From a virus (taxonomy: Duplodnaviria > Caudoviricetes): a DNA stretch of 64,000 nucleotides. The position numbers were made by a program, and so were the translations under genes. Under the pieces are notes generated by a model. That model searched no databases and was not told the DNA's origin. It worked only from the letters and a program-made list of their open reading frames with translations. The stretch spans positions 1 through 64,000 of the IMG/VR virus record IMGVR_UViG_2825118518_000002. One strand, written 5' to 3'. Below are positions 17,929-28,020 of the stretch, piece by piece. The first letter of the stretch is position 1, and each line of letters opens with the position of its first letter.

Positions 17929-19401
17929 ATGAAATTTGTTGAGCTGTTTGCTGGGGCTGGCGGTCTGGGTCGAGGTCTGGAAGCTGCAGGGATGCAGCAC
18001 GGTCTGTCCTTCGAGCTCAATGAGCAGGCCGCCGACGTTCTTGTTCGCTCCGGAAAGCTAGTCAGACAGACGGATCTCAATGACATCGCCGCTACCGCAT
18101 TCACGATCGCTGGTCGTCCCGACCTAGTCTGCGGCGGACCTCCGTGCCAGGATTTCAGTAAAGCAGGGTCGCGCGAAGAGCGGGAGCGTGCTCGTCTCAC
18201 CCCAATCTATGCGATGACCATCGCCGTCCTCCGCCCCCAATGGTTTATTCTGGAGAATGTCGACCGAGCACCATTCTCGAAGGCGTATCATCAGGCGAGA
18301 GCGATTTGGAAGAGATCCGGTTACGGACTTACGGAAGTGCTTGTCGACTGCTCGCACTACGGTGTCCCACAGCGCCGCATGCGCTTTTTCACGATTGGTC
18401 GGCTTGGAGAACGCGACGGGTTTCTCGAGTCTGCAATCGTCGATGCCGCGACACCTAAACCGATGACCGTGCGTCAAATTCTCAACCCACGTCAGTTTCC
18501 CGAAGACCGGGCACTTCTCGATACAGGGTACTACTGGGCGCGCCCGTGGATGGGCAAGAGCGGCGAGGTTGGTGGCCGCGGCGTGAGATCGATTGAGGAA
18601 CCGTGCCCCACGATAATCAGGACGACGCATGAGCCGCCGGGACCTGCTTATGTTGCACATCCGGACGACGCCATTCCTGCGAACGAAGCTCATATCCTGA
18701 CCTTGAGCCAGATCGCGCGCATCCAAGGTTTCCCTTCCGGGTTCGACTTCCGAAGGAAACAATTCCGATACGACAAGGACGGCTGGAGCGAGAGGTCCGT
18801 CACGCAGATGATCGCAAACGCGGTGCCATCGCCCACCGCCGAAATTATCGGTCGATGCATAATGGAGCGGGAATATAACGATGACGGCACATCGATCCCT
18901 ACGCTCCGTCAAGGATTCGAAGACTTCCTCAGAAAACCGAATTTGGCGATTGGCCGGAATGGACTCCTGTCGCCTGCGATCTCGAATACGTGCAGCCGTG
19001 TTCGGCGTGCGCGGCGGATTCTGAAAGGGCGGACATACGAATCCGAGGCGGAAGAGCTATATGCCCTCGACAACAGCTACGAGTTCTCCGAGAAGAACCC
19101 AGACAGGCTGGAAGTGAAGACCCGCAGCGACCTGCGGTCAGCGCTCAGGCTCTATCGTGAGTTCGAAGACGCTCTTCCTGCCGGGAAGTTCGAACAGATC
19201 GCTCGTCGGGAAGAACTCCGGCTGAGGTTCTGGCCGTCGCTCCGAAAGACAAAGAAACCTCGGAGGAAGAAGCCGAATCCGAATGCTGCCGTCTCCCGTG
19301 GCCCTCTGAACCTCAATGCAGGCGGGCGCGTTGACGGATATCTGGAGGAGCCACTCACGGACGCAGAGTTCATAGAGTACTTTGGCGATCAAGACGACTG
19401 A
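17929..19401 (+). CDS. DNA (cytosine-5) methyltransferase with C-terminal extension
   Basis: FAGAGG, GGPPCQDFS, ENV, PQRR.R, RIQGFP, ANAV motifs. Confidence 0.95.
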   Translation: MKFVELFAGAGGLGRGLEAAGMQHGLSFELNEQAADVLVRSGKLVRQTDLNDIAATAFTIAGRPDLVCGGPPCQDFSKAGSREERERARLTPIYAMTIAVLRPQWFILENVDRAPFSKAYHQARAIWKRSGYGLTEVLVDCSHYGVPQRRMRFFTIGRLGERDGFLESAIVDAATPKPMTVRQILNPRQFPEDRALLDTGYYWARPWMGKSGEVGGRGVRSIEEPCPTIIRTTHEPPGPAYVAHPDDAIPANEAHILTLSQIARIQGFPSGFDFRRKQFRYDKDGWSERSVTQMIANAVPSPTAEIIGRCIMEREYNDDGTSIPTLRQGFEDFLRKPNLAIGRNGLLSPAISNTCSRVRRARRILKGRTYESEAEELYALDNSYEFSEKNPDRLEVKTRSDLRSALRLYREFEDALPAGKFEQIARREELRLRFWPSLRKTKKPRRKKPNPNAAVSRGPLNLNAGGRVDGYLEEPLTDAEFIEYFGDQDD

Positions 19402-19454
19402 CTTGCATCAGGCGCCGCCGGCACGAACACTATTCTCAACAAGGAGAACAGTTC

Positions 19455-19958
19455 ATGTCGGCAGCCATCCAAATCGAACGCTTCCCCGTGTGGGAGAACC
19501 GCTTCCGCCCGCGCCCATCGGAGCCGAAGCTCGATGTCGTCCGCCTCGGCTCCGAATACGATATCGCCCACATCTGTCGGGTATGGCAGCGCGTCATGCT
19601 CTTCAAGTTTGATTGCCTGCCGGACGACCTCGATGTGATGTGGTCACTCGCCGACGTTCTGCTCGGCAACTGCAGTCGCCCGGGCGTCTACATCGTTGAT
19701 GCCATTGTCAGCATCGAGCGTAGGGTACTGAGGCAGTTCCTCGACCAGATCGATTTCATCTGGGATCACCTCGCGTATGAGCATCACGAGCAATTCTACG
19801 AGATTCTTGGTACGGAAGAGAAGCCGATCTGGAAGCGCCGTGCAAAAGCTCCAGAGCCGATCATTTCCCTCGAAGATTCCTATCGCGCTCACGACATCAT
19901 GGAGGCGTTGCATCCTTCTTGGACAGACAATGTCGTGAAGATCGTCGAGGTTGCGTGA
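19455..19958 (+). CDS. Hypothetical protein
   Basis: RBS AAGGAG. Confidence 0.7.
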   Translation: MSAAIQIERFPVWENRFRPRPSEPKLDVVRLGSEYDIAHICRVWQRVMLFKFDCLPDDLDVMWSLADVLLGNCSRPGVYIVDAIVSIERRVLRQFLDQIDFIWDHLAYEHHEQFYEILGTEEKPIWKRRAKAPEPIISLEDSYRAHDIMEALHPSWTDNVVKIVEVA

Positions 19959-20131
19959 TGAAGCCAGCACCGAGCCTGCTCCGCATCTGGGGCATCCGTC
20001 ATATCAGAGCAGCCGCACTTACGATCAAGATCGACCTCCACTACGAACGCATGGCTGCGTTCGGGTTCATTCCCGCGTGGAGCCGTCACGAGATCGAGGT
20101 CGTCGATCGTATTCGCGCAGGAGAACTCTGA
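19958..20131 (+). CDS. Small hypothetical protein
   Basis: TGATG coupling at both ends. Confidence 0.6.
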   Translation: MKPAPSLLRIWGIRHIRAAALTIKIDLHYERMAAFGFIPAWSRHEIEVVDRIRAGEL

Positions 20132-20466
20132 TGGCAGCTCGCAAACCCAAACTGGAAACGGTTGTCACCGAAGTCGCCGCGACGGAGCAGCCGCCGATGA
20201 CCTACATCACAAACCCGGTGGCGGTCGCCGGGCAGACACCGCGCACTCGCGACGATATCGCCCTACGTGATGCTATCCGCGCCCGGCTGGCCGTCATCGA
20301 GCGCGTCATCCTGGACTTCGTCGCCGAGAAGGAAGCGGAAGGGTTCAGCCGCGCCGATATCGACCAGCTCTATGCCGTTGAGCTTCCGCTCCTACTTGGA
20401 TACCGAAATGACGGCGGGAGGATCCGGGTTTCATATGACGCTTCAATTGTAGAGCGCACGCGATAA
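20131..20466 (+). CDS. Hypothetical protein
   Basis: RBS AGGAG, start MAARKPK. Confidence 0.7.
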   Translation: MAARKPKLETVVTEVAATEQPPMTYITNPVAVAGQTPRTRDDIALRDAIRARLAVIERVILDFVAEKEAEGFSRADIDQLYAVELPLLLGYRNDGGRIRVSYDASIVERTR

Positions 20467-20544
20467 CCATAGATAGGCGATGTTCGCTTGTATGCAGGCT
20501 TACTTACAACCATATAATCCGGGTTGCTCAACCCGGAGGATTCG

Positions 20545-21324
20545 ATGCCCTTCTATCCTAACGACACCAACCCGCTCCCGCAGATCGTGGGCCTCAAGAG
20601 TGTCGTAAGGGAGAACGAATCCGATCCGACCACCTTCGACCTTCAGGTGGAACTTGGCATCTTCCAGGATGAGGTCACCGTCGATCGCGCGACCATCGCT
20701 GTCAGCCTTAGGCAGGCCTCTTTGTCCATGGATCTTGAGGGGCTGGATGTCGTCGAGAAATCAAAATACGGCATCGATCACACGCCCTCGAAAATGACGG
20801 TGAAGACGACGTCGGAATCCACCCTTCAGACTTCCGTCGAGAAGACGCGTGCCTATGAAGCTATCGTCAGCGGTGAGCTTTCACCGCTGACCCAAGGGCT
20901 TAAGGGTAGCGGCAGTCGCTCCGGCAAGCAGGTCGATGGGGCAACGGCGACTTTGAAGGAGAACCGCGAAACGCAGGCTGACTTCTATCCTGTCAAAGCG
21001 GTCGGCAACGACACATGGCGGGTCACGGACGCGGCCGGTGCAAATCTCGACCGAACCTACTTGAATTATGACAAGCTCTGCGGACTCCGGATGAAGCCAG
21101 CCAAGCCGAACCACGTGGCGACCAGCCTCTCAGTCCATGCACCTCAGAAACACATCAACGCCGAGATCGTGCGGGATGGCCGTACGTTCATGGGCCGTGT
21201 CGGATCGAACAAGGAGAAGGTCATAAATATCCTTGTGGCGAAGGGTCTGCATGAGGCCACTTCGCAGGTCGAATATGATGGCGTTGTAACCTTCAGCGTG
21301 TCGACGACCGAATATGAAGGATAA
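20545..21324 (+). CDS. Beta-rich Ser/Thr-rich protein, possible pore-forming fold
   Basis: RBS GGAGG; alternating S/T beta-strand stretch; fold is an inference. Confidence 0.6.
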   Translation: MPFYPNDTNPLPQIVGLKSVVRENESDPTTFDLQVELGIFQDEVTVDRATIAVSLRQASLSMDLEGLDVVEKSKYGIDHTPSKMTVKTTSESTLQTSVEKTRAYEAIVSGELSPLTQGLKGSGSRSGKQVDGATATLKENRETQADFYPVKAVGNDTWRVTDAAGANLDRTYLNYDKLCGLRMKPAKPNHVATSLSVHAPQKHINAEIVRDGRTFMGRVGSNKEKVINILVAKGLHEATSQVEYDGVVTFSVSTTEYEG

Positions 21325-22426
21325 TCTGCTCCTCGACACGATCATTGCTGACGCGACGAAGACCGCCATTGGTCAGGTATTGGAATCCACCAGCGAGTCC
21401 TTTGGTTACCTGCTGACCGTAGCGCACCTCGATCCGAAGAAGCATCTTCGGCACTCCGACCTTCGTGAAGTCGACCTCACCGATACCGATTTGACGGGAT
21501 ACGATTTCACGGGCTGCGATCTTCGCGGCGCGCGCGGCATTCGCGTAAAATGGAGTCCGGAAACCGTCAATCTGACGGACGCCCTAATTGAAGGGTCGTT
21601 GTTCGCCCATCAGATGGCGATCACTGCCGCACTTGCGAACCCTGAGATCCGTCAGTTGCACAGACGCATCAACGGTCTTTCGTGGCAGGATCAGATTGTC
21701 TGGGCAATCCGCAACGTTCGCCGCGGTGTTCCAGATCTGGACCGCAATCGCCTACTTGCGGCAACCTTGTTCGAGCGGACCACGGACTCATTCCTGAAAG
21801 GCGAGCTGCTCAAGTACCTGGAGAAGTCTGCTTCCGAAGGTGACGAGCAGATTTACAATATGATGCTCGACATCATCAATGGCCACAGCAATGATCTGCA
21901 TCTCATCTCGAAGACAATCAAGATCCTGAACGAATCCCAAGCGTTCGGCCGCGCTCGTTTGAAGTCTGCCGTAGAAGCTCTGTTGAGCTCCAATGATAAC
22001 CGAATTGTGGCCTTGGCCATCCGGTTCCTCGTTTCCGTCGGAACGAAAGAAGAGATCCGGGAGCTGTCAGACTTTGCCCTGAGCAAACGTGCTGCACCGC
22101 TGCGATATGTCTTCATCGGCACGCTCGTAGGACGACTCGGTGCAGGCTACGACATGATTGCACGGAATCCGACTAACAAGGATCTTCGGGATATTAATCG
22201 GGGCCTTCCCGCCGAAGAACTCCTTGTTCTGATCAGAAATATTCGGCGCGCGTACATGAACGAGCAGGCTGGTATCCGCGATGGCACTCTACGAGATGAG
22301 CCGCGGATATCGAAGGAATTCGGCGCTGCGATCGAAGGAAACTTTCTGATCGAAAAACTCGATCAGATGTTCGCTCGCATGGCGGAGTTCGGGTTGCCAA
22401 GGATCAAGATACCGCAGGGGACTTAG
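21314..22426 (+). CDS. Pentapeptide-repeat + HEAT/ARM-like protein
   Basis: SDLRE VDLTD TDLTG YDFTG CDLRG repeats followed by helical repeats. Confidence 0.75.
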   Translation: MKDNLLLDTIIADATKTAIGQVLESTSESFGYLLTVAHLDPKKHLRHSDLREVDLTDTDLTGYDFTGCDLRGARGIRVKWSPETVNLTDALIEGSLFAHQMAITAALANPEIRQLHRRINGLSWQDQIVWAIRNVRRGVPDLDRNRLLAATLFERTTDSFLKGELLKYLEKSASEGDEQIYNMMLDIINGHSNDLHLISKTIKILNESQAFGRARLKSAVEALLSSNDNRIVALAIRFLVSVGTKEEIRELSDFALSKRAAPLRYVFIGTLVGRLGAGYDMIARNPTNKDLRDINRGLPAEELLVLIRNIRRAYMNEQAGIRDGTLRDEPRISKEFGAAIEGNFLIEKLDQMFARMAEFGLPRIKIPQGT

Positions 22427-22429
22427 TGA

Positions 22430-22672
22430 TCACCTGACAGGTCTGTCTTTCGAGATTCCGTATCTGTTGCCAACAACGCCACCGATCAGAGCAAAGATGA
22501 CGGCCGCAGGCACACCTGCTGCGCCACCCATCGCGGCTATCCCGACACCGCCGACGAGCAGACCAAGGATAGCTCCGGCGGCCGCGCCGATGATCGACCA
22601 TCGCGTCTCTGCAGGTCTGGCCTTGGCCGCGGCAGTAACTTTCTGCGCGCCGGATGACAGTTTCTGTTTCAC
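22430..22672 (-). CDS. Glycine-zipper membrane protein
   Basis: GAAAGAILGLLVGGVG repeats. Confidence 0.7.
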   Translation of the reverse strand: MKQKLSSGAQKVTAAAKARPAETRWSIIGAAAGAILGLLVGGVGIAAMGGAAGVPAAVIFALIGGVVGNRYGISKDRPVR

Positions 22673-22676
22673 GAGA

Positions 22677-23588
22677 TCACCTTGAAATGAGTACGAAGAA
22701 AATGGCGGCCAGACCGATTCCCACGGTTATGGCGATATTCTTGAGATGCTTTTCGATCTTCTTGACGGTGGCAGCCGCCACAGGCTCGAACGGCGTTGGT
22801 GGCTGGTAGACCCCGTCATCGTCTATCTTCGCCTCCGGAGGCGGCGGGACGACATTCGGCCGGTAGGTCACCTGAAGCGTTTCCACACGAGCGCGGGTGG
22901 TTCCCCAGTTATCCTTGCTGCGCATCAGGAAGCCGTAATCCTGTCGAAACCACGGCTCGGATAGGCTGGCCTCGACTTCGTACTGAAACAACTCGAGGAG
23001 CACACGGATTTCCGCCTTCTGGATCGGCGCGTGCGTCATCGAGAGACGCTGCATCAGGCTGTTGAACTCCGTCTCGTCAATGTAGCCTTCGAGGCAGAGG
23101 TGGGGATCCTTGATCCTCGACGGCCACTTGTCCTCCCTGGGATCGACATAGAGGAGAGTGCCCGGCTCCTCGACCATCAGACCATCCCCAGGAACGTCAT
23201 GCGACGACATCCCAGAGAAGCCTATACCGTCAGACGACGTGGCGCGTTTCGTACCGCCGACGTGCCCTTTCGGAAGCGGCTTGATGATCACGTCAGCGAT
23301 CTCTTTGAACGTGCCGACGGCACCATCCATTCTGAAGACGGTGATACTGTCCTTCGTCACTCCCCGCGCCCAGATGATAGACCGCATCCGGAAGTTCGGC
23401 TCGTTAGGATCCTTGACCTTGTCCTTCCACTCGGCGCCATGACTGATGCGGAGATCGAAGAGATCCAGGTAGACGGCCTGCGGCACGCATGTCGACATGA
23501 ACGGCCGACCGCCCGAGAGCTTGTCCTTGTGATGGATCGTGAATGAATTGACGAGCGTTGCGCCGCTGAGATCGGAAAATTGCGACAT
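22677..23588 (-). CDS. Hypothetical protein with C-terminal membrane anchor
   Basis: 303-aa ORF, hydrophobic tail. Confidence 0.7.
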   Translation of the reverse strand: MSQFSDLSGATLVNSFTIHHKDKLSGGRPFMSTCVPQAVYLDLFDLRISHGAEWKDKVKDPNEPNFRMRSIIWARGVTKDSITVFRMDGAVGTFKEIADVIIKPLPKGHVGGTKRATSSDGIGFSGMSSHDVPGDGLMVEEPGTLLYVDPREDKWPSRIKDPHLCLEGYIDETEFNSLMQRLSMTHAPIQKAEIRVLLELFQYEVEASLSEPWFRQDYGFLMRSKDNWGTTRARVETLQVTYRPNVVPPPPEAKIDDDGVYQPPTPFEPVAAATVKKIEKHLKNIAITVGIGLAAIFFVLISR

Positions 23589-23647
23589 CGAAAAAGTATT
23601 CCCCCAGAAGTTTTGGAGACTAATCAGAGACTACTTTTCCGGCAAGC

Positions 23648-23706
23648 CGATTTCTGCCGGCGTTTGCGCCGTGCCCCGCCAGCGCACACCATTCTTGTCA
23701 GGCACC
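23648..23706 (+). repeat. 59-bp promoter-containing direct repeat, copy 1
   Basis: 58/59 identical to 24134-24192; TTGCGC-N17-CACCAT. Confidence 0.9.
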
Positions 23707-23723
23707 AAACATAGGAGGGTGAT

Positions 23724-24095
23724 ATGAGCATCGTTGAGTGGAAGGCGCACAATGGGGATGGTGTGACTGGGTTCGTCGGCCGCGAGAGGGTCTTCGACAT
23801 CATGCCATGGACGGAGGAAGCCAGTCGGTGGCCGTGGCAGTTGCAGATCAGGCAAGATCTGTTCAGCCAAGGCGAGTACGTGCGAGCAGCAAGAACACAG
23901 CAAGAAGCCAAGCTCCTCGCCGAGGAACTGACACGGTACGCCTTCGTCGTCCTGGATGTCGTCCCTGCCGATCCCGTTATCGCTGCGGACTTCAACGTTC
24001 CTCGAGATGATCCGGAACGGAAAGCTGGGGATGAAAGGATCCGATCCCGGCACGACTGGCTTCGAGAGACCGGATGGTATGATCCGACGGTGTGA
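23724..24095 (+). CDS. Hypothetical protein
   Basis: RBS AGGAGG after repeat; terminator follows. Confidence 0.75.
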   Translation: MSIVEWKAHNGDGVTGFVGRERVFDIMPWTEEASRWPWQLQIRQDLFSQGEYVRAARTQQEAKLLAEELTRYAFVVLDVVPADPVIAADFNVPRDDPERKAGDERIRSRHDWLRETGWYDPTV

Positions 24096-24100
24096 CACCA

Positions 24101-24123
24101 CAAGCCGCCTCCGGGCGGCTTTT
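24101..24123 (+). terminator. Intrinsic terminator
   Basis: AAGCCGCC-tccg-GGCGGCTTTT. Confidence 0.75.
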
Positions 24124-24133
24124 CCATGCCCAT

Positions 24134-24192
24134 CGATTTCTGCCGGCGTTTGCGCCGTGCCCCGCCAGCACACACCATTCTTGTCAGGCACC
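24134..24192 (+). repeat. 59-bp promoter-containing direct repeat, copy 2
   Basis: See copy 1. Confidence 0.9.
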
Positions 24193-24211
24193 GAATGACG
24201 AGGAGGATGTG

Positions 24212-24847
24212 ATGCCGGTACTGAATTTCAATGAAAATGAGAAGACGATTCTGATCACCGCGCTTACCCACGAGCGTGTGCGTCTCATGAAGGAGTGGAC
24301 GAGATCCGCGGAAGACTATGAGAGCTCCACCTTCTCGCGCGAAGTGGACTGCGCCGAGATCGATTCGCATGCTGATGATGTCACGGATTTGCGCAGACGG
24401 ATCGAAACTGCGGAGTATGCGTCCGCTGCCGCTCCGAAGGGCAAAGATGATGTTTGGCATCGGACGCTCGGCTGGCTTCATCCTGTAAAACATCTCGAAG
24501 AGGCAGCAGCTGCCGTGGCGTCCAACGCGATCACCCGCGAGGAGGCCGCCGATGCATTGGGTGTCGATCTCGCCGAGGTTGATGCCGAGAATACCCGCGA
24601 CCAGGAGCGCCTTAAGGTGACTGGCTGGACGACGCTACCCGAAGGATTCGAGGTCACCGCTGGCGAAGCTAATGAAACGTGGCCATACGATACCAGGGAG
24701 GACGATGACCCGGTCACTGCAGATATCGACGTTCAGTCCAATGCTGGGGACGTTCGAGTGGAAATCACTGTCAACGGACAAACGGCCAGTTTCACGGGCG
24801 AACGCGACACAATCATCAGAATGGTCGAGACCATCTCAAATCTCTAG
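24212..24847 (+). CDS. Acidic hypothetical protein
   Basis: RBS AGGAGG after repeat; hairpin follows. Confidence 0.75.
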   Translation: MPVLNFNENEKTILITALTHERVRLMKEWTRSAEDYESSTFSREVDCAEIDSHADDVTDLRRRIETAEYASAAAPKGKDDVWHRTLGWLHPVKHLEEAAAAVASNAITREEAADALGVDLAEVDAENTRDQERLKVTGWTTLPEGFEVTAGEANETWPYDTREDDDPVTADIDVQSNAGDVRVEITVNGQTASFTGERDTIIRMVETISNL

Positions 24848-25044
24848 TCTATCTGCCCACAAGCCGCCGCCCAGCACATCACTGGCGGCGGATTTGCTTT
24901 GCGCGCCGCCTCAGCCTTTTCTGGTCTCCGGGGCAGCGCCAGGAGACATATTGAAGCTTGTGCGATGAATAAAATTACGTGCATTGGCTCCATGGAACCC
25001 TAACAATTGCGAGATATGTCGTTCTCTCAAAAAGGAGAGTAACG

Positions 25045-25593
25045 ATGCCGAATAACCACCGTTTTTGGGCCGTCGCACACGAAGCTGGTCATGCTACCGT
25101 GGCCATCGCGCAGGGACTGATCCCTGCTTATGCACTCGTTGGGTCGGACGACGCGCCTGAGGGCGGGAAGGTCGATCTTCCGATGACCCGCTCTACCAAC
25201 TTCGAACAAGAATTTCGCTTTGCCACCTCGGGAGCCGCGGGCGAAATTTACGTCTATAGGACCGAGAAAGATTCTCTACCAATGGACCAAATGGTTGATG
25301 CGATCCTTAACAGAGCAAGGGTGGACATCGCCACATTTGAAATGAATATCGACCGTAAATCCATGGGTCTTGACACAGACGAAAAGCTCAAGGACGCTTT
25401 CTTGCTTCACGCACGACAGAACTCCCTTCGAGACATTCAAGCTAACCCTGCAATCTACAAGGTGATCCGAGATCACCTAGAACGGCACCGTTTCATGGGT
25501 AAAGCAAGCTTGGAACTGGCGGCGAAAGGTCTCCCGGCTACCGCTGAGACGCTTCGGAAGGACGCTGAACAGAGACTTACTATTCCGTCGTAA
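25045..25593 (+). CDS. HExxH zinc-metalloprotease-like protein (M41-like)
   Basis: AVAHEAGH and GAAGE motifs; RBS AAGGAG. Confidence 0.7.
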   Translation: MPNNHRFWAVAHEAGHATVAIAQGLIPAYALVGSDDAPEGGKVDLPMTRSTNFEQEFRFATSGAAGEIYVYRTEKDSLPMDQMVDAILNRARVDIATFEMNIDRKSMGLDTDEKLKDAFLLHARQNSLRDIQANPAIYKVIRDHLERHRFMGKASLELAAKGLPATAETLRKDAEQRLTIPS

Positions 25594-25860
25594 GCGGGCA
25601 TATTGCCCAAGAAGCGGAACACCAGGGAGGAGCAGTCTTTCATGCCTGTCCCCGGTGTCCTTGCGGCCCGACCGACGATCGTCGATCCCGACCCATTGAC
25701 CTGACCGTAGCCGGTGGCCCCAGTTGTCGGCAAGCTCTTAGAAGCTGCTACGTCGGACTCAGCTCGCATTGATCGCCACATTCAAATTTCCGGCGACAGG
25801 GGCTTGCGCATCATGAGTATCCGGCTGACCATTTTGTAGACAACAATTGGAGATGACGAA

Positions 25861-26061
25861 ATGGATTACATGACCGACGAGCAGAAACTGCAATTTCTTC
25901 CTCGTTTGGAGGAGTCTTATCGTGGGCTGACGAAAATGGCGGCCGATCTTCGCGAGCGATTGAGCGCTCATGAAGCCGAAATCAAAGTGCTCAAGGCACG
26001 CTTGGAGATTGCTGAAAAGACGAATGATGATCTGATCGCGAGGATTGCAAACGCCGCATAA
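25861..26061 (+). CDS. Small coiled-coil protein
   Basis: Heptad pattern; TTGCGC-N17-GACCAT upstream. Confidence 0.6.
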   Translation: MDYMTDEQKLQFLPRLEESYRGLTKMAADLRERLSAHEAEIKVLKARLEIAEKTNDDLIARIANAA

Positions 26062-26099
26062 AAGCCGTCGGCGTTCGCACCGCGCCTTACGCAATCGCC

Positions 26100-26993
26100 T
26101 CAAGACTTACCGAACGGATCGTCGTCATCGTCGAGGTTCTCGAAGAACTTCTTGGCCTGCTTGTCCCTGATCGCATTGTCCAGCGAGTCCGCCATCTCAG
26201 CGAAGATGTCGCCAAGCTTCTGCAGGTAATCGTCCGTCAGGTCGTCGTGCGTATTACCTTCCTTATCGACGCCGTTCCGGTGAACGCAATCGTGCCGCTT
26301 ATCGACGGATTTCATCACCAGAGCGCGATCATCCTTGTCGCGGGGCAGGATTGGCTTCCCGAAGCACGATTCACACATGCCGTTGACGGCACGGAGGTTG
26401 TGGAACGACATTCCTTGAAGCGTAGTCTTGACCATCTCCCTGACAATGTCGGGGTTGTCGAGGATGGTTTCGAGACTGATCTGCTTATCCTTCAGGCCAT
26501 CCAGCTTGAGCATCTTCCGCTGTACCGACACATCCTCCATAGCCGATCCTATGATAGCATCCGACAGGTAGGCTTCGAGGATCGAATACGCGGTGACGAA
26601 CAGCATTCGATTGCGGCTGCTCGCTCCGAACGGCGTGCCCAGCTCGCGGACATTGCTCCTCCAGTCTGTGAGTGCGCGCCGGAAGATCCCATAGGCATCG
26701 GGCTCTGGCTCCGGCTCGTCCCAATCATAGGTGTCGTCGACCTTGATCGTGACATCGACGTCCGCGGCTTTCTCAAGCTCTGCTGACCATACGTTTTCAT
26801 CGTGGCGGATGATGACGGTCCAGGCGTCCTCGTCCTCATCGTACTCGCATGCGACTTCCTCGAACTGCTCCGCTTCGTCTCCGGCGACTTTCAGCCACTT
26901 GGAGATCGGGTTGCGGCAATGCGGGCACGTGAAGGTGACCTCGACGTCGACCTGCGACCAGACTTCATGCAGGTATTCCTTGACCGAACTCAT
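26100..26993 (-). CDS. HEPN-domain protein with N-terminal zinc ribbon
   Basis: LEAYLSD, SFHNL and RHDCVH (Rx4H) motifs; CPHC. Confidence 0.75.
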   Translation of the reverse strand: MSSVKEYLHEVWSQVDVEVTFTCPHCRNPISKWLKVAGDEAEQFEEVACEYDEDEDAWTVIIRHDENVWSAELEKAADVDVTIKVDDTYDWDEPEPEPDAYGIFRRALTDWRSNVRELGTPFGASSRNRMLFVTAYSILEAYLSDAIIGSAMEDVSVQRKMLKLDGLKDKQISLETILDNPDIVREMVKTTLQGMSFHNLRAVNGMCESCFGKPILPRDKDDRALVMKSVDKRHDCVHRNGVDKEGNTHDDLTDDYLQKLGDIFAEMADSLDNAIRDKQAKKFFENLDDDDDPFGKS

Positions 26994-27373
26994 GTGCGCT
27001 CTTCCTGCAGGGTCAAGCGGCCTGCATTCTTCGTGAAGTTACACTGGTAGCACTCAGCCTGCAGATTGACGATGTCGTTGGTTCCGCCGTCGAGGACATG
27101 GATCTTGTGGCCCTTCGTCCATGTGTTCTTGTAGCGTGGATCCGGGCGCTTCGGGATCTCGCCCCAAGGACGATTGCATTCTGCGCAGGTTGGGCTGGCA
27201 GCTAGAAGCGCTCTCCACTCGGCAGCGGTATGCTTCCCGCCGTTTGCCTTTATTCTCCCCTGCCGGACACGTCCCCTGGCGTTCCTGCAGTCCATGCAGC
27301 GATCCCACGAGTTGAAGCGATTGCCGCCGCACTTGGTGCATCGCTTCAACGGCATCAAAGGTACATCAGACAT
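26990..27373 (-). CDS. HNH endonuclease
   Basis: CAEC...GHKIHVLDGGTNDIVNLQAECYQCN. Confidence 0.85.
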   Translation of the reverse strand: MSDVPLMPLKRCTKCGGNRFNSWDRCMDCRNARGRVRQGRIKANGGKHTAAEWRALLAASPTCAECNRPWGEIPKRPDPRYKNTWTKGHKIHVLDGGTNDIVNLQAECYQCNFTKNAGRLTLQEERT

Positions 27374-27857
27374 CCAGTAGCGCTTCCTTGCGGAGATCGT
27401 CAGCCGACCGATAATCCGTATCGCGGCCCGGCCGACGGATCCAGACGTCGAGCCACGCATTCCTGCTCGTACCGCCTGCGACATGCCGAACCCACTGCGA
27501 GACGCTGTCGAATTTACGGTCGTCGCCCTGAATCCTATCGCCACGAACCTCAGCGTAGTGGCTCTTGCCTTTGTAGCTCATGCGAAGTGCGGTGCCATTG
27601 ATCAAGAACACGGGCTTCCAGAGATGGCCACTCAAAATGTCTTTGTCGTTCTTCCCGGAGTTGCGCACGCGCTCCTCCTCGGCGAATGCCTCTAAGCCTG
27701 CCTCCGTCCAGAAGCCGTCCTCGGTCGTGTTGCGCTCCACGAAATGCTCGACCTGTTCGGCCGCGAGCTGGACGGGATCGAGCTTTCCGCCGGATCGGAT
27801 GATGATCATGTCGTAGAGCGACTTCGGAAATGGGATCGAAATGTAATCTGTGTCCAC
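27366..27857 (-). CDS. RAMA/DUF2924-like domain protein
   Basis: GTALRMSYKG..HYAEV....FDSVSQW...GTSRNAWLDVW. Confidence 0.65.
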   Translation of the reverse strand: MDTDYISIPFPKSLYDMIIIRSGGKLDPVQLAAEQVEHFVERNTTEDGFWTEAGLEAFAEEERVRNSGKNDKDILSGHLWKPVFLINGTALRMSYKGKSHYAEVRGDRIQGDDRKFDSVSQWVRHVAGGTSRNAWLDVWIRRPGRDTDYRSADDLRKEALLDV

Positions 27858-28020
27858 GCGCTGTCTCCTTTTGCGTTTCCTAATGTCAACTATTTGGCAC
27901 TACGCATCGTAGGAGTCAATAGGGCGATATCGTAGATTTTTCCTATGGTGAATTCCTGCCGGCGTTTGCGTCGTGCTGATCGCGCGGACAGCATGAACTT
28001 GCATTCCAGTGGAGATTCCC

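Noticed and set aside
23648-24192. CRISPR array or integron attC sites
   Set aside because: Only two long copies 486 bp apart; promoter-like, not palindromic; no cas or intI
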